From: Mobula birostris
Taxonomy: Eukaryota
Reading direction: 5' to 3'
NCBI RefSeq assembly: GCF_030028105.1
Contig: NC_092379.1
Coordinates: forward strand, 63,066,008-63,130,007
DNA: 64,000 nt
The notes beneath the pieces were generated by a model that was not told where the DNA came from, ran no database searches, and was given only the letters and a program-made list of their open reading frames with translations. A program made the translations under genes and the position numbers. This document shows positions 11,138-24,350 of the stretch, piece by piece (positions within the stretch are counted from its first letter, which is position 1; each line of letters begins with the position of its first letter).

Positions 11138-14100
11138 TTCCAACTTCCATATCAGGTTGTGATGCACCCCAGAAGAATGCTTTCTACTGTGCATCTATAT
11201 AAATTAGTGAGGGTTTGAGGGGACAGGCAAAATTTCTTTAGTTTTCTCAGGAAGTAAAGGCACTGGTGGGCCTTCTTGGCAGTGGACTCTGCTTGGTTGG
11301 ATCAAGTCAGGTCATTTGTGATATTGACCCCGAAGAACTTAAAGCTTTTGACCTGTTCCACTTGTGCACTACCGATGTAAATTGGGTTGTGAAGTCCACT
11401 ACTCCTTCTGAAGTCAACAACCAATTCCTTCATCTTGCTGACGTTGAGGGATAGGTTATTGTCTTCACACCATGCCACCAGGTTCTTAATTTCCTCTCTG
11501 TAATCAAACTCATCATTACCCAAGATACGGCCTACAATTGTTGTGTCATCAGCAAACTTATACATAGAGTTTGATGGAAACTTGGCTACACAATCATGGG
11601 TGTACAGTGAGTACAGCAGGGGGTTGAGTACACAGCCATGTGGGGCACCGGTGCTCAGAGTGATTGTAGAGGAGAGCTTGTCCCCTATTTTTACAGCCTG
11701 GGTCCTGTCTGTGAGGAAGTTGTAGATCCAGCTGCAGATCTGAGTGCTAAGGCCCAGGTTCTGGAGCTTAGGAATCAGTTTATTTGGAATGATGGTATTA
11801 AAGGCAGAGCTGTAGTCAATGAAAAGGAGCCTTATGTATGTGTCTTTATTCTCCAGGTGTTCTAAGGTGGGATGTAGGGCCAGAGGAATGGCATCTGCCG
11901 TTGACCTGTTGCTCCGGTAGGCGAATTGCAAAGCGTCGAGGTTGACCGGTAGGCTGTGGTTGATGTGTGCCGTAACCAATCTCTCGAAGCACTTCATAGC
12001 AAATGATGTCAGAGCCACAGGTCGATAGTCATTCAGGCATGCCACCTTGCCCTTCTTCAGCATTGGGATTATCGTTGCCTTCCTAAAACACAAGGGGATC
12101 TTAGACTGAAGCAAAGAGCAGTTGAAGATGTCAGCAAACACTCCAGCTAGCTGGCTTGCACAGGCCCGGAGAACCCGTCCTGGGACGCCATCTGGGCCCG
12201 TCACCTTCCTTGGATTTATCTTCAGGAAAGCCCTTCTAACATCCTCCTCGGTGACAACGAATCTCGATGCCACCAGGTCCGGTTCATCTGGAGGGAGCGT
12301 GACGCTCCTCTTCTGTTCAAATCTTGTGTAGAATACGTTAAGTTCGTCAGGAAGCGAAGCGCCACAGTTATTGATATTCCCAGTCTTTTCTTTGTGCCCA
12401 GTGATCTCATTTAGACCCTGCCCATAGTCGACTGGCATCCCTTTGGTTAGCCTGGGCTTTCAACTTGGCTCAATATTGCCTCTTGGCGCCCTTAATGGCT
12501 TTCCGGAGTTCACGCCTGAATTCCGTGTAGCGACTGGTATCCCCGGACCTAAAAGCCACAGCTCTAGCCTTTAAAAGGGACTTGACCTCATAATTCATCC
12601 AAGGTTTCCAGTTAGGGAATACCCGGATCGTCTTGCGAGACACACAGTCCTCCGTGCATTTCCAAATAAAGTCCGTGACAGCTGAGGCATACTCTTCGAG
12701 GTTAGCTGCCGAGTCCTTGAATATTAACCAGTCCACCAATTCAAACCAGTCACGGAGGACCTCATCTGTTTCCTCCGTCCAACGCGACACTACTTTTGAC
12801 ACTGTGACCTCCCACTTCAGTTTCTGTTTGTAAGCCGGGAGGAGGAGTACGGCCTGATGGTCCGATTTTCCGAAGTGAGGTCGTGGGACGGAACAGTAGG
12901 CACCCTTGACTGCTGTGTAGCAGTGGTCAAGTATATTCGGGCCTCTAGTGGGGCAGGAGACATGTTGGTATAACTTTGGCAGCGCCTTTCTGAGGTTCGC
13001 CTGGCTAAAGTCCCCGGCTGTAATGAGTAAAGCCTCCGGATACCTGGTCTCAAGTTCACTGATGTTGGCATACAGTATGTTCAGAGCACACTCCACGTCC
13101 GCCTGGGGGGGGGGGGAATGTAGACCGCTGTCAGTATGACCGAGGTGAATTCCCGTGGCAGATAGTAGGGACGACACTTCACCAACAGGTGTTCCGGGTC
13201 CGGGCTGCAGGATCTTGTCAGTGCCACTGTGTCCAAACACCACGCGGTGTTGATCAGTAGGCTGACACCACCTCCCCTCGTCTTGCCCGAAGACGCCGTG
13301 CGGTCCATCCGATGAATCGAAAATCCCTCCGGTCATATGGCACAGTCGGGGGTAGCAGGGGAGAGCCAGGTCTCGGTGAAACAGAATACACAGCAGTTCT
13401 GCATCTCCCTGCAGTAGGTGAGTCTCCATTTAAGATCATCCACCTTGTTCTCTATGGCTTGCACATTAGCTAGTAGGATGGTGGGCATAGGGACCCTGAA
13501 GCCCCTCAGCTTCAATCTGACCAGCAGCCCTGCTCTTTTCCCACACTTCCTCGGTAAGTAGTGCATCTTTCCAGGTTTCTATCAATGCAGTGTGTTGTTG
13601 TCAGCTCTTTGAGGTAGGTGGACACGTCCCACGGGAATTGATCGGCTGATCGCATCGTCGGACGCTCTGGGTGGGGCCGAGTAACAGGGGAGGCTCCGCT
13701 GCCACTTCCAGCTGCCGGGGGCCCGGGCTGTCGATTGGGTCGGGCCCCGAAGCAGACACTTAATCCCAGATGGCCGTGCTCCTGGCTGAAACAAGTCCTT
13801 AAGCCGAGTCACGGTTGCGGAGGCCTCCGGTCCAGCCGAGCCTCAGGCTCAATTTCTGAGGTCGCCGGCAGAGGCCTCACTTCCGGCAGCTGTAGATGGC
13901 CACCAACGGGGCTTTACTGTGGTCGCTCCGGGGAAGTGTCTGGGGCACCTTGAGGTCTCCGCCGTCACTTCTGTGTGGTCATCTGCTCCAGAGAGGTGCT
14001 GGTCGGAGTGGGCCATGTCCCCAAGCACTCTGACACGGTAGCAGACCACGGGTCTCTGGGAACATGGTGGGCCTTGTTGGTTGGGTCCAGGTGCAGTCCG

Positions 14101-14280
14101 GAGTTTAAGGAGCAATTCTGGCGTGGTGGTCTCCAGCTGGGTCAGTAGCTTCGCCAGGGTGTTGTTGATCTTGATCTTACTAAATTGGAGGTTTAGAAGG
14201 GTTTCTCGGGTATAGGATAGTGGAGAGGGCAGTTTGCTCGGGAGAGCACACGCAAAGTCGCCAGTTACCAGTGCCATCTT
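11138..14280 (-). mobile_element. Rex1/Babar-like non-LTR retrotransposon; 5' end apparently present, 3' tail missing, frameshifted
   Basis: RT 11302..12438 (LNDYRPVALTS, FIDYSSAFNTI, GAPHGCVLNPLLYSLYTHDC, KFADDTT). APE endonuclease in 12470..13566 (LLANVQ, CFTETWL, AGDF, SDH). Starts AAGATGGC with a YTRETLL motif. Confidence 0.9.
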
Positions 14281-14879
14281 TAAACTATATTTGATAGAAG
14301 ATCATTCAAGGCATTGCATTCATGCCAGTTGAAAAGAGATACCAGGATAATCACATCTTCCTGCTCTTTATCTGTGGCCCTTGTTCATCAAATACATATC
14401 CAAGTTTGTTTTCAATCTTGCTTTCACATCTACTACTCTTTCAGACAGTGAAACTGTGACCCCCAAGCACTCCAGCTTGAAAAGTTTTTTTGTCTCCCTC
14501 TAGGCCCTTAGACAAGTTAGTTGCTGCTTGGTTTCTTAACATCTTGGTTACTAGGCATCTCATTTTTAAAATACATTTCAATTAAGTCACCCTTCTCTGC
14601 TTCCTCTGTTCTAAAGAGAATAATTCTTGCCAATCCAAACCTTCCCCAGAATTTTCCATAGTTATAACTTTCATGCAGTGTGGTGATTATAACTGTATAT
14701 TGAACTCGGGCTGTGATCTGACAAGTATTTTATACAACTGCATAATTTACATACAGTGCCTCAGCTAATAATGAAAAGCATACCTTTGTAACCACTTTGT
14801 CTACTTGCTTCCTTTCTGCATTATGAACACTGACTCCAAGATCCTTCTCAATGTCATTTTAATCATTCTGTTGCCACGT

Positions 14880-15500
14880 TGCACCTTCCAAGTCAATTAT
14901 CTCACATTTCCCTGGATTAAATTCTATTTGCTGGTCCCCACTTTCCCTTTCTCCTAGACCATCTATATCCAACTGAACTTGAAAGCTTTCCCCCTCCCCA
15001 TCAACCGTAATTTTTTTTTGTGATCTGCAAACTTCTTTATCATGTTCCCTCTACTTAAATATCAGTTACTCATAAACACTAGAAAAAGAGAAAGTACAGA
15101 AGCCTATAGAACCTCACCAGTAAAAAGCCTTCCAGTCACAAAACTAACTACCAATCATTTGCTCCTGCAACAGTCAAATTTTGGATCCAATTTGCAACTC
15201 TCCCTTTTATCCTAGATGTCTCTACTTTTTTGTTAACCAGACTGTTAAATGGGACCTTGTCAAGCCTTCGCTAAAATCCATGTAGACTAGATCAGGCTCA
15301 AGGTCCTCATCAATTCTGCTCATTCTCTCCTCAAAGCATTCAATTGTTAGTCAGACATAACCTTTCCTTAACAAACCATGGAGATTAAACTGACTCTAGT
15401 AATCTGTTCATCATCATTGAACTGAAACTCGTAGCCTGTAATGTATCCCTTCTTCTTAAAGCAATCGGCCAACATTTACAGTTGTCCAGACCTACTGTAT
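14880..15500 (-). mobile_element. Highly degraded CR1 RT fragment
   Basis: gggaccttgtcaagccttcgctaaaatccatgtagac is the reverse of the YMDFSxxDKVP motif; tctgcaaactt is the reverse of KFAD. Confidence 0.6.
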
Positions 15501-15949
15501 GGCCAAGGACAATTAAAGAATGATGTTCAGAGCACTCCTGACACCACAGAGGCAAAGGAATGACAGAAGTGGTTGACGACTTAAAGATGTTACATTATCA
15601 TAGGAATGGGCCAGGCCCTAGTGAAACCTAATTATGCAGATGAGAGTTTTTAATTGGGAGACTTCATTCACCAGATTCACTACCTAAATCTCCCAATATC
15701 TCACTTTTCCTATTTTGAAGGAAGGTCATCAATGTAAAATAGCACTTTCTCTCTCTATAGATGCCTCCTTGCCTGAGTATCTCTTACATTGTTCTTATGT
15801 AAATAAAGCATGCAGGTTACATCATCTTTTCACTCCTGTATAGCTCATTTTGTTAAACATAATAGTCAGAATTACCGCTCCATGAATTAAACTTTTGTTA
15901 AATATGATTATTTAATGGATTGTGAATTTTCTTTCATCTCAGCACAAAA

Positions 15950-16500
15950 AAAGGGAATTTGCAAATTGCTAACAAGGGCAGCGTTAAGGAAAAATAAAGA
16001 GTACTTTACATACATCTTCACTAGGGGAGAGGGTGCTACCAAAGTAATAATGAAAGAGGAAGTTGACACACTGGATACATGACAAATTAAGAGCATGGAG
16101 ATATTAGAAAAGGAGGCTGAACGACCGGAACAAAGTGGGTGGGGTGCATTCTTAGCTCTTAAAGGAAGGATAGGAGGAAATTATATGGACAGTTCACCAC
16201 AATTTCCCAATGCTCTATAGAGTTGTGCCAGAGGACTGGAGAATAATGTATGTTACTATCCAAAAAGAGTGCAAAGGTAATCTTTGCTACCGCATGATGG
16301 CCGATTTAACTTCAGTGGAGGGAAAGCTTTTAGAAACATTGACCAGGGACATCTGGAAGAAAGCGCATACAAGGATGGACTTATTAAGGGCAAATCTACC
16401 AATCTGATAGAGTGTTTTTCTTTGATAAAGTATTGGACAGAAGGCTGAGAGATCTGTTGAGGGTAATGAATGTGATGCACATGGACTTGCAGAAGCCTTT
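15950..16500 (+). mobile_element. Degraded CR1 ORF2 fragment
   Basis: VVPEDWR and LTSVEGKLLE in ORF 16210..16407, followed by MDLQKPF. Confidence 0.65.
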
Positions 16501-16512
16501 TGAGATCATATA

Positions 16513-16760
16513 TAAACGCAAGAGAGTCTGCGGATGCAGGAAATCTTGAAAAACATATACAAAGTGCTGGAGGAACTCTGCATGTCAGGCAGCATCAATG
16601 GAGGGGAATAAACAGTCAAGGTCCTCCATCAGGGCTGGAAAGGAAGGAGGTAGGAATCAGAATAAGAAGATGGGAGAGGGGACAGATTTCAAGTTATCAG
16701 GTCCGCTATCCGCTCCTATAAAATTTCTTCTACTTCATCCCTTTATTTCTTCCACCTAGT
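16513..16760 (-). mobile_element. Penelope pseudo-LTR fragment with hammerhead core deleted
   Basis: Homologous to 55720-55900 (tctgcggatgcaggaaatc...tgctggaggaactc...aacagtc). Confidence 0.7.
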
Positions 16761-17348
16761 AGATTCTGATGAATGGTGGTTTCTTAGACTGAAGAAAAGC
16801 GAATAGTAGTATTAGGACATTGTTTTCTTTTTAAACTATGTTACTGATCTAGATTTAGGAGTGTAAGAGGGTGGAACAAGCCAGCTGCTGTAGTATAGAA
16901 CCAGTATCGACATGATGGGCCAAATCGCCTCCTGTGCTGTATCCATACCATAATTATCTCTGTACAAATCTGTATGTATTCAACATTTTCTTAAATTCAA
17001 CTTGTAATAAAAAGATAAATTCAGTTTCTATGCTAACAAAAAACATTTATTCAGCAAACAATGCAAGCACATGAGTGAAACTGCAGAAAAGTTGCAGAAC
17101 AGACTAAAGAAACCTGATGCTTAATAGTTTGAACTTTATAGATTAAATTAAACTACAGAACAAAAACACTGATGTCTTGCAGGTACCTTCAAGTTACATC
17201 TTGTCCTTAGTTGGGATAAATAACAATATTTCTTCATTGCTGTTGGGTTTTTATACTCTTAATCTGTAAACAGCAATACTGAAGTCCCACCAAAACAACA
17301 GTTGCAAAAACATCCCACAACAGCCATTTCTGGGTAACACAAAATGGG

Positions 17349-17470
17349 CCATGCATTGACCCAATAATGACCCATGTGTCGACCCAATAATGGCCATGCG
17401 TCGACCCAATACGACCCATGTGTCGATCCAATAATGACCCATGCATCGACCCAATAATGGCCATGCATCG
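17349..17470. repeat. Minisatellite, about 21-23 bp unit CCATGYRTCGACCCAATAATGR(C), about 5.5 copies
   Basis: Tandem units read directly from the sequence. Confidence 0.9.
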
Positions 17471-19239
17471 TCCTCATTTTGAGAACAGGAAAATTATCCA
17501 GTTTGACACTCTCTCCCGATCCCATGGCTTTCATACTTTTGATCCAACTGTGTGGCTTGCCTTGTAGTTTACATCAACTACACTGCCCTCAATGACCCAC
17601 CTTGTCATTTCTTGGAAAAATGTAATCAAGCTAAAAAAGCAAGTTGATGTTCATAGTCTACTTTCTCCTTTGCTTTGTTTTAGAGAGCAACTACTTTCAA
17701 CTACTTTCAGAGTATTTAATACTTCCTTTCTCACTATGCAATCTTTCACATTTGTCTTCCTTAACAACATCACTGAAATTGTTTCCTCTTGTGAAGACGA
17801 TGGCAAATTAAACGTTATTTGTGTTCTCCATCTCTGCACATTTGTTACATATACTGGTCCCCTAACAAACCTTGCTCTTTCTTTAGTCATTCTCCTAATC
17901 ATTATGTTCATTATTAAAAAAAATCATTAGAATTACTTGATTTTAATTGCCTATGCTATTTTGAAACTTCCATATTCTACTTGACTTGTCTCAGGATCTC
18001 AACGTTTTATTCATAGAGGCACTCTGCCTGGAAAAGGCTGCTTGTCCTATACAGTCTGTGTTGACAAGGAGCATCCAGTATGCTAATTTCTACTAATCAC
18101 CCTACATTAGCATCAGATATCCTCAGATCCAACACTAGGAGCAATTTACAGTGGTCAATTAACCTACCAATCTGTTTTTTTAAGTTGGTGACAGAACAGG
18201 AGCACATGTGGCACCATGCAGCCATTGGTTGCTTTTAAGCCTTTTTTTAAATTCTTTCTGTACCCATCTAATTGAAGACCTGCTTCACGTGAACAGGAAT
18301 GGAGTTTATTGCTGAAACATAGGGAAACAAGCTACTCCAATAATTCTGTTTATATGTATGGACAAGCATCTTCATTTGGTCTTGCTTTCTCAACAAGGAT
18401 AACCTGTCTCTCTTGTCAAGAAATGGCAGGTAGTTCACTGATTGCTGGACAAGTGAGAATTCAGGTGAGAATGGATTCCGTTCAGTAGAAATGCACAAAA
18501 AAGGATTGAGGAATTCTCTTTCGATATCTGATTGAGTGCTGGTAATATAAAGATATTTTCGGGGGAAAAGCACCATAGGAAGAAATCACCATAATTACAA
18601 GAGTGCACATGCACAGCAGAATTAAGAGCAAGGAGAATGGAGTGAAGTAAATGTTGAAAGCAGAGGTTGTAATAATTTGTTCATTCACAGAGAGAAGAGA
18701 TTCCATGAAGCAAGGAATGGACATAATCCACAAAATAACTCTTCCACCTGATACTCAGACAACGTGCATTTCCTTATCTTAATATTTTCTCTTAGTTACT
18801 ATGCCAAAGGAATAGGAGTTTGGGAAGACTAGGAAGTTTGGGAATTAAAGTTGGGGAGGAGAATGAGTGATCATGGAATAGGATTAAATAAAAAAAAATA
18901 GGATTTATGTATGTGGGGGAAAATAAGATTAAGATGGGTCGCTTCGACAGCACAGGCATGATGGGTTGAATAGACTTCTGTCTTGTAAATTTTCTATGAT
19001 TCTATATTGTAGTCTATCAAAAGCAAAGCGTGCACATCAAGTTGCAGCAAGGTAAAACTAACTGATATTATGACAACTTAGAATATCAGGCCAGAACCTA
19101 AAGAATAGCAAGATTTGGAGAGAAATTGCGTAATAAGTCAAACATCCACTCCTCCTCTTTTTTGGACGTCCCACTCTGGTTCTCTGTCTGCCTGGATCTT
19201 TTCATCTCTAATTGCCATTGATATACCACCTGGCTCAAC

Positions 19240-21852
19240 CTTAGCACTCCTCAGTCACTCATTGAACCCTCCCCCTCTGAATGCACTGCCCTCCACTCTC
19301 CCCATACCAATCCCAACCTTACTATTAAACCCACAAAAGGGATGCTGATACAGAATGGCAGACTGACCTCTACCTTGATGAGACCAAGCAGCAACTCCAA
19401 GACTCTTCTTACCTCTACCTTGAAAAGGGCCCTATTCTGGACCATCAGAAAACTGTCTCCAGCACCATCACTGACTTCATCAACTTTGGAGACCTCCCAT
19501 CCACTGCCACCAAAACTCATGGTTCCCTTACCCCACACTGCTTGCTTCTACCTCTGACCCAGATCCACATACATGACTGTCCAGGTATGTTCATTTGCTC
19601 TGTCTGTTCCTGCCCCACTGTACTTGTGTCCTCACACCTTGACTCCATTCTATCTCCCCTGGTTCAGTGCTTCCCACCTACATCTGCGATACTTCTCATC
19701 CACTCAAACTTCTCACTAATTTTCACCATGATGTCCAGTCTTTAACACTCTATCCTATATCAAGGCCTTAAAGCTCTCTTCTTTCTCGAGAAAAGAACTA
19801 ACCAGTTCCCCTCCACCACCTCCCAAATCACCCTCAACAATTCCTGTATAATTGGTGAGTCCCAATGTAGACTGGGAGACCACTTCACCAGGCACCTACC
19901 TGGAAAAGCAGGATCTCCTCATGACCACCCATTTTAATTCGACTTCCCATTCCCATTTTGACATGTCAGTCTAAGACCTCCTCTACTGCTGCAATGAGGC
20001 CACACTCAGGTTGGAGGATCAATACTTTATATTCTGTTTGGGTAGCCGCCAAGATCAATTTCTTGAACTTCTAGCAATTGCCCCCATTTCACCATTCTCC
20101 ATTCCCATTTCGCCCCTCACATTACCTCCTTACCTGCACACCACCTCATCCTGGTGCTCCTCCCCCTTCCCTTTCTTCCGTGGCCTTCTGTCCTCTCCTG
20201 TCAGATTCCCCATTCTCCAGCCCTTTATCTCTTTCTTCAATCAACTTCCCAGCTCTCTACTTCATCCCCCCACCACCAGTTTCACCTATTCCTACTACTT
20301 TGTACTTCTTTCTTCCCTCCCCCCACCTTCTTACCTTTTTTCTCCAGTCCTGATGAAGGGTCTCAGCCCGAAACGTCAACTGTCTACTCTTTTCCATAGA
20401 TACTGCCGGGCCTGCCGAGTTTCTCCAGCATTTTGTGTGTTGCTTGGATTTCCAGCATTTGCAGATCTTCTCATTTGTGGCCCTCAACAATTTTTTGGCT
20501 CCTCCCACATTATCCAGACTCAAGGCAGCAATGGATGCCTGCATGGGCCCTAGATATGCCTTCCTTTTTGTTGGCTATGTAAAACAGTCCATGTTTCAAA
20601 CCTTCCCTGGTAATACTCCACAATTCTTTCTCCATTGACAACTGCATTGGTGCTGCTTCATGCACCCATGTTGAGCTTGTCAATTTCATCAACTACCAAC
20701 TTCCACCTTCCACCCTGCCCTTAAATTCACTTGATCCATTTCTGACACCTCCCTCCCCTTTCTTGATCTCACAGTCTTCTTCTCTGGAGACAAATTGTCT
20801 ACAAATATCTTTTATAAACCGACAGCTGCCTTGACTATAGTTCTTACCATCATGTCTCCTTTTCTCAGTTCATCTCTGCCGCATCTATCAAGATGAGATT
20901 TTCCTTTCCAGAACATTAGAGATATTCTCCTTCTTCAAAGAATGGGGATTTCCTTCCTCCACCATTGATGCTGCCCTAAACTCACCCGCATCTCCTCCAT
21001 TTCCAGAACATCTGTGTTCATCGAATCTTCCCGTCGCCTTAACAGCGAGAGTTCCTAGTGATTACCTACTGCCTCGTGAGCTTCCACTTCTGACACATCA
21101 TTCTCCGCAACTTCCACCAAAAACATCTTTACCTTCCCTCCATTTCTCCACAGGGATCGCTCACTCCGTGATTCCCTTGTCCATTTGTCCATCCCCATTA
21201 ATCTCCCTCCTTGTACTTATCCCCTGCAAGTGGCCAAAGTGCTACACCTGCCCATTTGCCTCTTTCCTCAACTCTATTCAGGGTGCCAAAAAGTCTTTCC
21301 AGATGAGGCAACACTTCACCTGTGAATCTGCTGGTGTTGTGTATTGAGTCTGGTGCTCCTGATGCAGCCTTCTCTACACTGGTGAGACTCATTGTAAATT
21401 GGGGGAACCACTTTGTCGAGCATCTAAGCTTCATCCAATGAGTCAGTCCAAGGCCTCTTCTTCTGCTACTACGAGGCCACCCTCAGGGAGGAGGAGCAAC
21501 ACCCTACATCATGTCTGGTTAGCCTCTAATCTGAGGACATGAATTTGGTTTCTCCTGTTGGTTAAAAAAAATTCCCTTCCTCTCCCCTTCTATTCCTCAC
21601 TCTCATCTCTTACCTCTTCTCTACCTGCCTATATAGTCCACTTTCCTCTCCTATCAGATCCCTTCACCTTTCTGACCCACCTGGCTTCACCTATCACCTT
21701 CTAGCTATTCTTCTTCCCCTCCCCCTACCTTTTTATTCTGGCATCTTTGCCCTTTCTTCCCATACCTGAAGAAAGGTCTTGGCCCGAAAGTTTGACTGTT
21801 TGTTCATTTCCATGGATGCTGTCTGACCTGCTGAGTTCCTCCAGGATGTTGC
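19240..21852 (+). mobile_element. Degraded Penelope-like element (RT, GIY-YIG endonuclease, pseudo-LTR) carrying a nested Penelope 3' piece
   Basis: Homologous to 55715-57130. AAMDACMGPRYAFLFVGY (Penelope AMGxxMGPxYA), FTCES..V.Y..WC and YTGET GIY-YIG relics, pseudo-LTR tail at 21560-21852. Confidence 0.85.
19843..20480 (+). mobile_element. Nested Penelope 3' fragment (GIY-YIG end plus pseudo-LTR)
   Basis: 12-bp TSD CCCTCAACAATT at 19831-19842 and 20481-20492. Confidence 0.8.
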
Positions 21853-22794
21853 AATAAATCAAACATGTTTTATTCTCAGCTGTGTATGCAAAAGTAAAAG
21901 CGAACTAATGGATTAACAAAGGTTGGCAAAGCTCTGCTTGACTGTTCCAAAACATTCATGAATTTAGGTGTATGACAGCTGAAAACCTGAAGACTTCTAA
22001 AGCAGAATCCAGTTGCTTTGTACAAGGAAAAAGTCAATGAAGGCAATTTTTGCAAAAGATGCTATTTTGAAAATGAATGCTTCTATTTGGGGAGGAATGG
22101 TAGATTCAAGAGTAATAAAACTTGTCTAAAAGCCTAGATTTCAGGCACAACAATGCTTTCTCCAGTGTTCTGGAATTTACTATGCATATTTGAACACTCT
22201 GCAGATTGGTACTTCAGTAATTGTACAAAGCACCATTAACTTTCAAACAAGAACAATAAGACAAATGCAGGGTGAATTACAATTCAGAAACTTAACATCT
22301 AGAACTTCCTGAACATCATGTCCAATGAGCTGCCTCATTAACCAACTGAAAAGAAGGTAAATAGTCAAATAAAATACAGGAGAAATAAATAGTGAGAGGG
22401 GAACTGTGGAAAAACAGAAAGGAAAAGCAATTAAGCAAATTAAGGAAGCAAGCAAGAGCAAAAAACTATACCAAACAAGAATATATTCTCAGGATACCAA
22501 AGCACATCCCATGTAACCGTATTTTCAAGACTGCCTTTAGCTACTTCTTTGTGTAAAGAAAATCATTCTGCTGTCCTGTCCTGAGTCAGGCTCTGGTACT
22601 TTACATAATGGGATGTATGGTACCCAATCTCCTGCCATGCTTACTGGGGGCTGTAGTTTTCTAACACATTGTGTTATGAAGGTCACTGTTGGTTGATGAA
22701 GATCAATAGTTCGACTTAAGATGTTCACTGCAGAATCGCTTTTTGTAGCAGGTCACTATTTTTGTTCCTTTACATATATTGGAAGATTGAATAG
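21850..22794 (-). other. Candidate terminal (mostly 3'UTR) exon of HDX
   Basis: Strong minus-strand acceptor ttttgtgttgttttgttttacag (AG at 22795-22796). A candidate donor GTG|gtaaag lies upstream at 24294-24295. Minus-strand AATAAA at 21869-21874. The sequence looks non-repetitive. No transcript evidence. Confidence 0.35.
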
Positions 22795-23189
22795 CTGTAA
22801 AACAAAACAACACAAAATGCATCCAGAAACTATCAGAATGTGGTGATCCCACATGTATTAATTGTCTGGGAAACCTACTAAAGGAGAGAATAATAATTGA
22901 AGTTAGTTCAAAATTATTGTAGATTGCTGCTCGATAGTTGGTACAGACTCAGTCTTGAATGTCTCTAATTGGTATTTATGAAAATGGTAGACAGAAGTCA
23001 AGGCACTTTTTTTCCTCACCATTATTCATGTAAATAGACTGAATGATATTTGCTAACCAGTGAATGTTTCAAGCACCTAAGCAACTGCAAGATCAACTCT
23101 TGTGTGGTCAGTCAATGTTATTATTGACAAGTGTTGCTTTATTTATTGAAATAAATAGGTTAATAATTCCACAAAGTACTATATGGGAA

Positions 23190-23592
23190 TTTCAGACCCA
23201 GGGGTGCAGGGTCCTTGAAATTAGTGACACAGGTTCCAGTTTGATGAAAAAAAGTGTTTGAATGTTTGACTTCATAGACCAGAATAGTGAATACATGACT
23301 TGGGACATCTTGTTACAGCTGTACAGACTCTGGCAAGGCCACATTAGGAGTATTTCGTTCAGTGCTAGTTGCCCCACTATAGGACGGATGTCATTAAATT
23401 AGAGAGGGTGCAAGAAAATCTACAAAAATATTACTGGGTTATAATTATGACATTTAAAAGGCATTTAGAAAGTTATATGAATAGGATAGATTTAGACAAA
23501 TATGAGCCAAATGGTACGAGCTTAGTTGGCAACTTGGTCCATATGAATGAGTTAGGTCCAAGGGCCTGTTTTAGAGTTGTATAACACTATGA
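23190..23592 (+). mobile_element. CR1 3' fragment, internally deleted
   Basis: LYRLWQGH and PHYRTDVIKLERVQ, then a CR1-type 3'UTR. Confidence 0.7.
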
Positions 23593-24350
23593 GTAGAACT
23601 TTTACATACTAGTGCCATCTAATGACACAAGTATTACTCTGCTGCATTCATTTCCTTCAGAGAATATGTGGTCCATGAACATTAGAAACCACAATATTTG
23701 GTGCAAGGAGAAAGCAGCGTCAGCCCTTCCTTCCATTCATCTCCAACACAAACCAGTCCTCAAACAACCTACACTTGAAACACCAGCTTACTTAAAATGT
23801 AGTGCACAGCAGAATAACTTGCATTCATTAAAATAGCTGCCACAACTACAAAACATCTTAAAGTGCTTGGTAACTAATAAAATACTTTAAGTATTGTTAA
23901 TGTTGTAACTCTCCCAAATGCTAGTCAACTGGAACTGTGTGTGGAAGATCATTGACTGGACCTGACAATATCTGATTTGTAAACTGTAATGCAGAATGAA
24001 AGTAAAAGCACATTCATATCAACAAAAGTTCACCAGCAAGTGTTAAGGGAGTCACTAAGAAATTCCAGCGAGGTTTCTTGTGCTTCACAATATATTGGCA
24101 ATACTAACAGATTTCACCTTTAACCATTTCCCAATACCACTTCAAATGTCACAAAAAAGCAACAACGCTAGCAAACAAATTCTATTTTATTCTGCAGTTG
24201 TTTCATCTTGTCATCAAGCTGTAGTATAGGCAGTTTTATTTTTAAAGATGTAAAATATTTAACAATAATACAAATAATTTTAAACAAGTCTTTACCACTT
24301 TCAAAAAGCTTTCGTACTCAGTAAGATCCTCTGATACAGAGGAAACCTAA

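Noticed and set aside
17349-17470. CRISPR-like array
   Set aside because: The units are contiguous with no unique spacers, there are no cas genes, and the context is vertebrate.
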